DNA of 64,000 nt. Source: Geosiphon pyriformis uo1 (taxonomy: Eukaryota; Fungi; Glomeromycota). Positions 12,457 to 24,599 of this stretch are shown here, piece by piece; within the stretch, counting starts at the first letter, position 1, and each line of letters starts with the position of its first letter. The position numbers were made by a program, and so were the translations under genes. The DNA is taken from positions 3,422 through 67,421 of the forward strand of contig JAAOMT010000233.1 of assembly GCA_016748015.1 (NCBI GenBank). The letters are read 5' to 3'. The notes beneath the pieces are model-generated. The model was not told where the DNA came from. It made no database searches and saw only the letters and a program-made list of their open reading frames with translations.

Positions 12457-15400
12457 TTTTTTTTTTAACATTTAATAAATGAGATTCAAATGCCACTTAG
12501 CACAATATATCAAACTAAGTAATTTAAACTAAGTGCAAATCATATACTTTTTACATGTGACCAGTTATTCGGACTGGTTAGAGCAATATTATGAATTTAT
12601 TACAACTGATACTATACTATCAATGCCAAAAAAAAAACAGCAAGGCTTACAAAAACCAAAGCCAATACCTAGAGTTTCTGCAACACCAAGCAACTTAATA
12701 ACACTAATAAAGAACAATAATAACAGACTATGGACCTCAAATAACAATGAACCATCACAAACAATTAATTTTTTTTTCTCCATAAATGCCTTGTATTTGG
12801 CCCAAACCAACCATATCTCAATATGATAAGTTGCTTTCAAGCCCTGGACAAAATTAATAATATTTTTACTGACAACTTTAATACTATTAAAAATGAACAA
12901 AGCCTCTGAAAACCAATCTTTGAACATAAAACTCTTACACAAAATGGTGTAAATAATATTATCAGAAACACACAAAGAAAGCATCTGTAAAACATGAAAT
13001 AAAACCAGATTCAAATCCAACAAAACACTCCATTGAGTCAAATAAGACTTGAACAAATACATGCAAATCTTAACATCAAACATGCACATAAACAAATAAT
13101 TGGAACCCTCCATGTTTCCATAATAAAAACACAACACACTGGAATATCTTTTATTGTAAAAATGTTTTTGAACAGTAACTGGCAGATGACAGTACAAAGC
13201 CTTCATAAAATACAAACACAGACCAGTCATAAATTTACTTGTAAAGCCAGTAGTCATATGTGAATTAGGATGTCAAACCAAAGTAATATGTATTCAATCC
13301 ACATCAACAATCATGCTTTTGTTAATAATGCTAAAACCAGGTTTAACCTCCCAATAGGCATGATGAACAGCCCTAAAAACTCTTTAAGCAAAATAACAAA
13401 TGTTCTCAGCCATTACTATCCTGTCAGTCTTAATAAATTTATCCTCAACTAGAACAGAAAACACAAAATCTGAATCAGCAGCCAAACTAGCCAGCACATT
13501 AGCACACTTATTATCCAAAACATCCAAATAATCTTTAATCTTGCTTCAAAAAACATTGAGCTTTTTATTTTTAACAAAAGCCACCACATCTTACCACTCT
13601 ATTCAACAACAATTCCAAAAGTCTAGCAAAGCCAAAATTGACTCAGCAGCACAAGCATCTAAGACAGCTTGACTGTCAAAGTACACTACAACTGAACTGC
13701 CAAAAGAAATATACTCTAAAACCAAAGCAATTGCCTGCAATTTTGTCATAGTAGAAGATACCAATCCACCAATTTTAACACCAATGCCCAAATTCAAATC
13801 AGAAAAATATGCAGCCACACCATATTTTATCTTGCATGTATCCAGATTCTTTAAAGATTTATTCATGTAAATACTAATGATTTCCAGATCAGTAGTAAAA
13901 AGACAATGTCTCAAACCCAAAACACCATCAAAACCACAGATATTCAGAGACCAAAACTCAATGACAGGTAAACCAGCCAAAAAAAAAGACTTGACCAAGA
14001 AACTGCATATTAAACTGAACTAATAGAGAACTGGACCTCTTGAATTAAGTCTTTTTCAATGACAGAAACACTTTCAATCAAAAACCAAGCTCTTTTTATT
14101 ATATAACTGTTTGATAAAAGTGAACTCAAACCTCTTGAGTAAATGTGAAACATTATAAAACATCAAATTACTTAGAACAAAAAACATTGAAGTACCACCA
14201 AAAAAGTGGAATGCAGATATAAAAAAATTTCCAAGAAACATATTACAGTCCAAAAATAATCTAATTACACCAGCCAAAAAATTATTAGCTGAACTGATAT
14301 ACAGCTTCACAGGACAACACAAAAAGTAAACAGATAGCCAATTTAGCACCTGCAGGTTCAAAGATTTCTAATCAAACAGGTAACCAATAAGCCCACTAAT
14401 ATTTAAGAAACTCAACACAGAAGTCATTTTATACTCAGCCTACAATTATTCAAAAAATTTCAAGCCATACAACAAAAGATAATGAAAAGTCTCATTAAGA
14501 AAATCTCTTAGCAGACCAGTTTTTAACTTTAAACTTTTTCTAATAAGCATATCTTACTTAGTGTACACACTTCTAAAAACAAAACTAAATTGAGTTTTAT
14601 AATTGATTATAAATTATAGCACTGCTAAAACCAGATAAAAAAACTGTTTGTCTGAAATGGCTTTCCTTAAAACCAAATTGACAAAAAACCTGACATTTGA
14701 GTAAGTCTTTGCCAAACTAGGCCTGAACAAGTTCTTAAAAGACAAAAAAATCTCAAGATATCTATAATACACTTCTTTATGAGTAACAGAAATTGGCAAG
14801 CCACTTATTGTTAATGAAGTATTTTTAATCCTCTGGTTGATAGAAATAACAACTGTTTTCTTATTATTGATTAAAATATCATTAATCTTAAAAAAACTAC
14901 TTGCAATATTCAAAATATATTAAGTAACTGCTTAACTGCTTTCCATCCAAATTGTATTATCAACAAAAGCACCAGCAGTAAAAAATAATGTCATCTTATC
15001 TTGATCTTCTAGCCTGTCAGTTTTGACAACAAATTTAATGTTAATACAATAGTCACATATGCTTTTTTAACATTTGATTTTGCATAGCAAAAAGTTATAA
15101 AAGATCTTTCAAAGCAGAGAAAAGAAAACTTTGCCCTAGCCCAGACCATTATACATTCAGTAACCTTGTTAAGCCATAATCAGTCATAATTTGGTTAATT
15201 CTATTATTATAAATGCTCCTAAAGAAGCAAATAAACCACTCACATATTTTAATTCAAATTAAACTATTTCTTAAATACCACCATCCAACAGAGTCATAAG
15301 TCTTTCACATATTCTATAAGACCAACCAAAGTTTACAGCTCTTTTTCAAAGCATTTTTAACCATTAAGCCAACAGCAAAGATAGAAAACTGAGTTATAAT

Positions 15401-17345
15401 TTCTTTCAGCACAGAAAAATTATTATTACAGAGAACATCAAATTTGCTACAGGCTAGTGAAATTTTATTAGAAAGTAATTTGGAAAAAATTTTACATACA
15501 GTCTCAATTAAAGCTATTGGTTTTGTATTAGTTAGAACACCCTCTCACTTATAAGGTTTAGAAATTATTAACACCCAAGCTTCTTTTTATGACTATAGAA
15601 CAGATTCATACATCAAACAAAGATTCAAAAGATCCTAAAACATGACAAAAACAAAATCATTACAATGCTTCTAAAGCTCATTTGTAATACCAAACAAACC
15701 AGCAGTTTTTCTATCAGATAAATTCTTAACCACTTGCACTATATCATTATAACTAATAGGGATCATAATCCTGAAAAATGCATTATTATCAACATGAACC
15801 AGTAGCAAATATTAGTACTGTCATAAATCAAAAACATTATTCAGCACAACTTTCTTCCTCATTCAATCCTCTATGATAAAATCAACTTTATCTTTAACAT
15901 TAACTATATTTAAAATCAAGTTACTATCAGCAACTAAATAGTTCAATACTACTTTATAGAAGAAATACTCCAATACACTTCTGATTATGTGGCCTTTATT
16001 AACCACAAAATTTTTCATTCTTTTATCAAAAGCAGATTTAATACCTAATTCTTTAGCTTTTAAAGACTCAGCAAGTTTAGATACACAATATGATTTCCTT
16101 ATATCACAAAAAACAGATCTCACATAATTAAAATTAGCACCAGAATTCACAAAATTTTAAACCAACAAAGCACTATCACAGTCCAAAAAAATCTAACAGC
16201 TTATTAGAGAAACAAACCTGCCAGCATTCTTTTTATGAGAAGTTTTGACAATTTTTGAAACCAAAACTTCCATTTTATGAAACCTGGAAGATCTTTTGTT
16301 AAATATCTTATTATAGTCTTTAACCCACTTTTTTTTGAATGTTTTAGCAGCTAAAAAAGACATCACTTTGCAAATATTATCTCATATTGCATCCAGATCT
16401 GAGAATCTTTTAGACTTAACAAACCTTTTAGTAAACATAGCAGCATTAACTGCTGTAATATCTTTAAAACCATACTATTTCACCTTGTCAGCATTCTTAA
16501 TATCAAACTTTCAACAATCCTTGTTTGTTAATTTATGCATAGAAATTAACTACATGTTCAATAAACCTCCCAATCCTACAAAAACAGAAACAGCCTGGTG
16601 ATTGGTGTCAAAATAATTCTCAACATCCACTACAACATGATCTATTATTGCATTAGCCAAATTTGAAGAAACAAACACATAATCAATTGTTTTAACAACA
16701 CTCCTTGAATTACTCCAAGTTAATATATCTGCAACTAAACTTCCAACCAACGAATTAACCAATTCCAAACTGAGATATTTTCTAAAACTAGCACATCTGC
16801 ATAACTTGTCTTTATTGAAATCTTTATTCAAGACAATAAAAAAAGATTTATTTATGGCTTTAGTAATCACAGAGTTGATTTTATTAGCTTGAAACAAATA
16901 CACAACTAATATGGCACCAACATAAAGTCCTAAAATTAAGACAGACAACTTATTCTTAAAAAACAGCTTAATAGACAAAAGCCTACCAGTGACTTTCAAA
17001 ATTTTGCACATGTGTTTTGCCAAACCAATATCTATTATAACTGTTATACTAAAGCCCAGATAACCAGACTTCAAACCAAAAGTAAATATCTGAACATTAT
17101 TAAATTTGTTCACAATTTATAGACAAATCCTATCTCTTAATTTTGTTTCAGTAATAATAAAAACCAAATTTTTTATATTTCTATGCCAGTGGACAATATT
17201 CTCTTGCTTAACAAGATTGTTCTTGCTTCTAATATTACAAGTAGCCACTTTTTAGATAAGATTGGTTATTGAAAAGATAAAAGAAGTAAAAAACTTAAAC
17301 CAGCACACAAATAATCAAGTTTTATTAAAACTAAATAAACAGAAG
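12457..17345 (-). mobile_element. LINE L3 (ORF2 APE-RT-RNase H-Zn finger, 3'UTR, poly(A)); ORF1 mostly lost
   Basis: poly(T) 12457-12466; APE DFN...TWSN...IDYVF...TNH; RT AGAFVDNTIW; RNase H YFDSQA. Confidence 0.92.
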
Positions 17346-19070
17346 CATTAAACACCATTAATTTTAATTCCTTTATGTTTTATAATACTTTATTTAAATA
17401 TACAAAAATATTTAATTTTATTATATTAAATATATAATAAATTAAAATAAAACAAACTATACAGTTTTTTTAACTACAATAAAATTTTATATATATATAA
17501 ACTTTATAATATAAAAATATAAATTAATTATAATTTTATTAATAAAATTAAAACTAAAATAAAAGTTTAAAATAATATTCTATATAATATTACTTATAAA
17601 ATAATTTAAAAAAATAAATAATAATTAAATATAGTATAAATTAGCCAATAATAAAACAAAAAATTATTAAACTATATAATATTAAAAATTTCAAAAATTT
17701 TATTAATAATTAAAAAAAAGTAAAAATTTTGTATAAAGATATATATATATAATAATAATATTAAAAACAAAAAAAACAAATAAATTTAGTTTAATTTTAC
17801 TAAATAATTTTAACTCTTAGAAATTTAATATTTAGAACAAACTTTTTTTAATAAAATTATTAATTCAATTATTTATTATTAAACTTTTATAAATTTATTT
17901 ATTTTAAATTAATATTATTTATATTATATTACTAATAATAAAACAATAGTTTTTGATAATAATTATTAATAGAATATTGATTTTTATTTTATATTTTTTT
18001 GGTTGTGTTTAATTATTATTAATTAATTAAAAAAATTGCTAAAATTATAATATTAAAAATTGTTTAATAAAAAAACAAAAAATAGCATAGAAAAAATAAT
18101 CAAAAAACTTAAATTGCTTATTAAAAAAATAATAAACATTAAAATAAACCAGTTATTATGCCAAAAAATTAAAAATTATTTATTATTTATTATACAAAAA
18201 ATTTAATTTATTAAAACTTTCAAATTATTAATATTATTATAATACCAAAAAAACTTCTTTTTCTCTTTCATCTCAATTTTCAAAAAAAAGTTTTTGTTTT
18301 CTTGTTATTTATTTTATTATTTCTCAAATATTAAATCCTTTTGTTATTGAATTAGCTACCACTATGAATGGTTCTGATGTTAGAAAAAAGTCAGCCAGAG
18401 TTGCAACTTCAGGTTCTGTTAATAAAAGCTTGTCTTAAAAGCAAAAGTTGTTCCTTGGTACTGTAGTTAATTTTTTAATCAACTTTTTAGTTTATAATAT
18501 AGATAATAAAAATAAAATTTTTCTTTCTCTCCTTTCTCTCTACTTACTTATATCTTTAAACAAGAAGTGAATTAATCCAAAAATAGTTAAAACTCAAGTA
18601 AAAGTAGCTGTTAAAAAATTGTTTGCTTTGAATATTAATCTCTTTACAGTGAAAAACAAATTGGTAACAGCAAAAACTCAGTTTATTAGGAAAAATTTTT
18701 TATTAATCAATGGTTTTGAAAAGACTACTGATCTCTCAAAATTTGAAAAGATCATCAAATTTATATTTACATTTGAGAAAAACATAAAGAAGACCATATT
18801 ATTAATTAAGAAAAAAGAAATTAAAATAAACAGTAATCTCAAAAGACAAGAAATGAGATCAAATTAAACTGTAATAATTAAGAAAATTTTTATAAACATA
18901 TCAAAAAAAATAATTATTACTATAGTTGCTAAATATGATTAGATTGTATTAATCAAATTACAACTTATTAGACTGTGGCAGAAAACTATGATGAAGTTTG
19001 CCAAATTAAGTTAAATAGATTAGTTAGTAATAAAGTAGTTATTTCTAATTAGAAAAAATTCAGTATGCAT

Positions 19071-20003
19071 TGTTACAGGTGATTTTTTGGGGTGTTGAGT
19101 GAATAACAAATCTGTAACTTGGTGCGCAAAGCAATTGGTGATGATGATAATCTGAAGGTATTTTATCTGAAAGTTTTCCAATCAAGTTCTTTGTATAATG
19201 GACAGAGATTCAATAGTAACAGTTTATTAGTAGTTTCCTGAAACCGTAGTTTTGTTGATTGCTTGCTCAGCTTGATGGTTAATGATTCTCTTGGTATGAT
19301 ATCCTTCATAAGTGTATATTAGTGTTGTTTTCTGACGTCAGTTTCTCCATAAGTCCTCTAAAAGTAAGTATTGTTTAAGCAAGTTTATTCTTTTATAAGT
19401 TCTCTAAGAGTAAGTATTATTTAAGTAAGTTTTATTCCTCCATAAGTCCTCCAAGAGTAAGTTCTTTAATCAAGTTAGTAGACAACAAAGAAATAAAAAA
19501 AAGATAAAGAGAAAATAAGAAATAGCCAAGATGGTTTGCAAGTTAGTATCCCATTAATAGCCATGATCAAGAGCTATTGTTTCAGTATAGTTAAGTATTA
19601 GTTACTATCAACATGAAATGTTGATAGTGAAAAATAGATTTGAGATAGTGAATAATTATTTATTTAAGAATTGTGGTAACTAAGCTAAGGATTCTTGGTG
19701 TCGATTCTGTTTTTTCTGCTTCTAATGCTACTACTATATATACATATTTGAGATTTCTCAATTTTTCAATTCCTTGCAACAGAAATCCTGGAATTCCTGG
19801 AATCCTGTGATTCCTGATAAGAAGAATTCTGAAATTCTGGAATTCTGGAATCCTGCGATTCCTCACTGGAGAATCCTGAAATTCCTAGAATCTTGCAATT
19901 CTTTTGAGAGGAATCCTGGAATTTCACATTTACTATGTCTACTTCTGATTGGCTAATCTTTACTTGCTAATAATAATATACTTCCTTTAATCTATGAGTA
20001 ACA
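19071..20003 (-). repeat. 3' LTR of Gypsy-2 (933 bp)
   Basis: Direct repeat of 29446-30283; U3 GGAATTCC-like repeats 19780-19925; TATA near 19735-19747. Confidence 0.95.
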
Positions 20004-20019
20004 TTATTCTCTTCTTTTA
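20004..20019 (-). promoter_or_regulatory. Polypurine tract of Gypsy-2
   Basis: minus strand TAAAAGAAGAGAATAA abutting the LTR. Confidence 0.85.
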
Positions 20020-20676
20020 ATATTGAGCTCTATCGAAATCTAACTCTTTTAATTCTCCCTCTTGAATTATTTTTTGAACTTCTTTTTTGAGTATTACTTG
20101 TGTTATTTGAGTTTGTAGTTCTTCAAATTGGGTGTTGGTTATTTTCCCTAATTGATTACTTGTAACTGTATCTATTGCTGTGTTGAGTAAGATTTCTGGT
20201 TGGTCTTGAAATCTCATATATAGCCAGTAAATGGCTCAAGCTTGTGTGATTAGATTGTTCTTTCCCACAAATTGTTCCAGTTGTCTCAGTATTGTTGTGT
20301 CAAATAATTATTTTGTTTTGTCAGTGTACAAATTCTGGATATTTACATGTTGTTCCAAGTGAAAATGACAATAGTTTTTCGGAAATTGTTGCATCTACCA
20401 AGTCCAAGTTTCTTTGGTAAGTTCTTGGTGTAATCTAACTATTTGTTCTTCTTTCATGGCCAATTTTACTTTGGTCATAATCTTGTCAACAATATTTTTG
20501 AGTTTTCTCTGTATTTTGTGTTGTGGTATCCTTGCAGTACTTTTGTATCAAATGGTTTGTTAATTAATTGTAATTTCCATCTCCTGGTGTTGGATTAATT
20601 GAAAGATTTGTTGTGCTAATGAATGGATGTTGTCGGTAATTTCTATTTTTCTGCGTTTTTCCGTCATGTTGACCAT
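20017..20676 (-). pseudogene. ORF3 of Gypsy-2 (unknown accessory protein, ~220 aa)
   Basis: ATG 4 nt after the integrase stop; ITDNIHSLAQQI...EITIN...NYCHFHLEQHVNIQNLY...LGKITNTQFEELQTQI...LDFDRAQY*; contains stops and a frameshift. Confidence 0.78.
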
Positions 20677-20680
20677 GCTT

Positions 20681-22083
20681 TTATATATTTTTTCTGTCAA
20701 TTAATTGGATGTTTTGTTATCAATGATAATGATTGGTTTCAGATCTCATAGAATCTCATCTGGTTGGACTAGTATTCTCTGTACTCCTAGTTGTGGAATA
20801 TTACTAATAGATAATGATACTATATGGTGGTATGGTTTCAGTCAATTTCTATGTGTTGCTTTGGTCAAGATTTTGTTATTTAATCTTAATTTGTAAGCTC
20901 TATTTCCTAGAATTTTTTCTATGTAAAATGGTCCATCCCATTTGGGGTCGAATTTTCCACTCCATTGTTTTTCTACTTTGATACAATGTAGTAGTACTTT
21001 GTCTCCAATCTTGAATTCAACTGGTTTATCTGATAGTTAGTTATCATGTCTTTTTTTTTGTTTCTCTTGTGACTTTTGTATGTTATCAGCTGCTCTTCTT
21101 TGTTTATTTTCTAATGTTTCTATTAAGCCATATGTTCTTCTCAACAATGTGTTTTTGAAATTCTCTTCTGTTATTGGTATGGTTGAGTATGTGCTGACTT
21201 CTATTTCCACTGGTAGTGTTGCTGTTCTACCATATATTAATTTAAATGGTATTGCTTGTGTAGTATCTTGTTTCATTGTCTGATAAGCAAATAGTACTGA
21301 TGGTATTAATAAATCTCAATTGTTCTGGTTTTTTTGGCTGAGCTTAGCTATTGCTTTACACAATGTTCTGTTGAATCTTTCGACTAATCTGTTGGTTTGT
21401 GGATGATATAGTAATGATAATGGTCTCTTAATTCCGAATCTTTGGCTCAATTCTGTTAATGTTCTGTTCACAAAATGAGTTCTTTGGTCTGATAATAATT
21501 TTTTTGGACATCCATGTCGACAAATCAAATCCTGATGAATGAATTCGGCAACAGATTTTGCATCCGCTTTTTGAATTGCTTTCATCTCTGGCCATTTAGT
21601 GAGATAGTCTATGGCTACTGCTATGTATCTGTTTCCTCTGCTGGTGATTGTTAATGGTCTGACTAAATCAATTCTAATACAGTCAAATGGTTGTCTCACT
21701 TTGATTGATCTTAATGGTTCACTGGGTCTTGTTTCTCCTCTTTGTTAACAAACATCACAATTTTGAACATATTGGATGATGTCTGAATACATTGATGGCC
21801 AATAGTATTTTTTTCTGGTTCTTTCCATGGTTGCTTCTTTGTAAAAATGTCCTGCTGTTGGATTTGAGTGCATGTTAAATAATATTGTCTCTTTTTCTGG
21901 CTCTGTAATTACTTTGGTTGGTTGATCTAGATCTCTTCTATTTTTTCGATAAAGTATATTTTGGTAAGTGATAAAATATTTTGATTGTTGTTTAATACTC
22001 TTTTGTTCCATTTGAGATAAATTCTCCTTGAACTGTTGAGTGTTTATATAATGTTGTAGTTGTTAATATTTTTGTATGTTCAT
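20681..22083 (-). pseudogene. Integrase of Gypsy-2
   Basis: HSNPTAGH...YYWP...CDVC; IDLVRPL; LSDQRTHF; PQTNRLVERFNRTL; WDGPFY. Confidence 0.92.
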
Positions 22084-22146
22084 CTTTTGTTATATTTTTC
22101 ATTAGTATTGTTCTGGTTTTGTTATATTTTTGGGTTTGAGATGTTC

Positions 22147-23575
22147 TTAAATTTGTTTTATTCGCGACAAACTGTTGGCATTTCCGTTGTCTTTTCCTTT
22201 TTTATAGTGTATAATATAAGTATATCATGAGAGTGCCATTTTCCATCTGAATTGGTGGCTGTTTCCAAATTCTTGTTTCTGAAGTGACATTAATCCTTTG
22301 TGATCTGTGTACACATCAAACTTCTGGCTCAAATATTTGCTCCATTTCATGACTGCCTAGTAAATTGCCAAGTGTTCCAGTTCTGGTGTTCTATAGTTTT
22401 TTTTGGCTGGAGTTAACCCTTGGCTTGCATAAGCCACTAGATGTTCTCTTCCATCTGGTCCTTTCTGCAATAGTACTGCTCCCAATGCTTGGCCTGATGC
22501 ATCAGTGGTAATAATGAATGGTTTGTTGTGATTTGAATAGATCAGTACTAGAGCTTGAATGAGTTTTCTTTTCAGAATATCAAAAGCTTCTTGTTGATTT
22601 TCTGTCTATTCATATTTTGTATTCTTGGTTTGCAGATTATTGAGTAGTTGAGCTATCTTTGAAAAGTTCTTTATAAAGCATCAATAATAGCTTGCAAATC
22701 CCAAGAATAATTTTAATTCAGTTATATTGGTTGGTACTAGAAAGTTTTTTACTATCTCTATTTTCTCTGGATTTGTTTTGATGCCATCTTTGCTGACTAT
22801 GTGTCTCAAGAATTTTAGTTTTGTCTTGCTAAAGAAGCACTTTGTTGCATTTAACTTTAGTTCTGCTCTTTTTAGTCTTTTGAACACTTATTGAAGATGA
22901 TAAAGATGATCATCAAATGTTTTTGAGAATACATTGGTGTTGTCCAAGTATACAACTACTGATTTCCACAATAAGCCAGTATAAACAATTTCTATTAGCT
23001 GTTGGAAAGTGGCTGAGGCATTGGTTAAGCTGAAAAGCATCACTTCAAATTTGAAATTCTCTTCTCTAGTGATGAACACCATCTTCTCTTTGTTGGGCTG
23101 AATTCATGGCTACTTGCCAGTAATTACTGTTCAAGTTTAATGTTGAGAACTTTTTGTTTCCACTGAAAGTGTCAAATAATTCTTATATTCTTGGGGTTGG
23201 ATAGCTGTCTCCATGAGTTACACCATTGAGTTTCCTGTAGTCCACACAAAATTGGATTTTTCCATTCTTCTTTCAGACAAGTACCACTGGTGATGACCAT
23301 GGACTCATTAATGATTGAATTAGTTTGTTGTTAAGCATTCGGTTTATCTCTTGACGAATGATCTCATGGCTAGCTGGTGGTACTCTGTATGCTTGCTGTT
23401 TGATTGGCATTGCATCTCTAGTCTTGATCTGATGCTGGATAATATCAGTTCGGCCAAACTCGTTTTCACTGACAAAGATGTCATTGAAATTGTTGAGCAA
23501 CATCTTGAGCTGCATACATTGGAGTGGATCTAAGTTTCCTATGTTCATTTGTTTTAATTGCTTTGGTTGGAGCAA
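22147..23575 (-). pseudogene. RT + RNase H of Gypsy-2
   Basis: SPWSSPVVLV, FCVDYRKLN, TNASATFQ, YLDN, TDASG, ELEHLA; ends NSLSRIKQI* at 22147-22149. Confidence 0.93.
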
Positions 23576-23984
23576 ATAACAATTACTTCATCCATATATT
23601 GTTTGTGATGTGATATCAACATATTTACAAAGCTGTAAAAAGTCCAGAATAGTGCTTGGTGGTTGATCTTCTATTTTAGTGTTTAAGTATCCAATGGTGG
23701 TTCTGGCTGGTATTACTATGACATTTTTTGTGTTGTTGTAGATGGGAATTTTGATGTGGCTGTAATCTTTGGCTAGTATATAGAGATTAATGAGTCCAAT
23801 CTCTCCTAATTTACAAAAGATTGGTTCTGCTTCAAAAATCTGATTCTGTTCTTTTACTTCCCACTTTATTTTTACCATGTACTGGCCATATGGTGGAATA
23901 GAAATTGCTTGACCCATTGAGATAATTTCTCCTTGGTCAACAATTTTTTCTTCTGCCATATTGACTGGTACATCTATTTTATCT

Positions 23985-24350
23985 GTTGATCCAAATTCCT
24001 GTATTCCTCTTGCTGTTATCCCTAATTCCTCCCTATTTTCTACTGATATTAACTAAGCTATTTTCACCAGAGGCAGGAATATTGCCTATGCTATCTTTTC
24101 ATTTGGCTCTATAATATAAGTCTTTTCAAAGTCATTTTGTAGCATAACAATAATATTTCCTACATATTCTGTGTCAATTATTCCTCCTCTTATATTAATT
24201 CTTTTTTTCACTAAACTACTCCTAAATGCTAGTTAAATCATTGTTGTTGCTGAAATTTTCAGTGCTACTTTCAGATCTATGCAGGTGTGCAAATATGGTT
24301 CCAATTTTATAACATCTTTTCCAGGATATCTCAGATCAAACCCAGCATCA
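23985..24350 (-). pseudogene. dUTPase domain of Gypsy-2, between protease and RT
   Basis: DAGFDLRY (I), RSSL (II), GGIIDTEYVGNI (III), IA*AIF (IV), RGIQEFGST (V). Confidence 0.92.
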
Positions 24351-24599
24351 GGATCATGTGCACATTCTGGCATAATATCTTTATTATTGTCACTATACCA
24401 TTTCAACTCTTGTTCTTTGGAAAAGTCTGGCAGTGCAATGTATTGTTCATATTTTGGGTCAGAGTTTGAATCTGAATTGGAATTATCATTATTTTTATCG
24501 CCAATTTGAACGGAGCTAGAACTGGTGTTTTCATTATTGTCATTGTTGAAGTTTGAATTGGGATTTAACAGTGATTCCAATTCAGATGCACAGTTGCTG

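Noticed and set aside
19067-19070. Integrase targeting of CpG (TSD centres as CpG decay products)
   Set aside because: Both TSD copies usually agree (CA/CA, TG/TG), which independent post-insertion decay would not give; a YR-step preference is simpler
20017-20676. ORF3 as env or chromodomain
   Set aside because: No signal peptide, TM segment or chromodomain aromatic-cage pattern is visible
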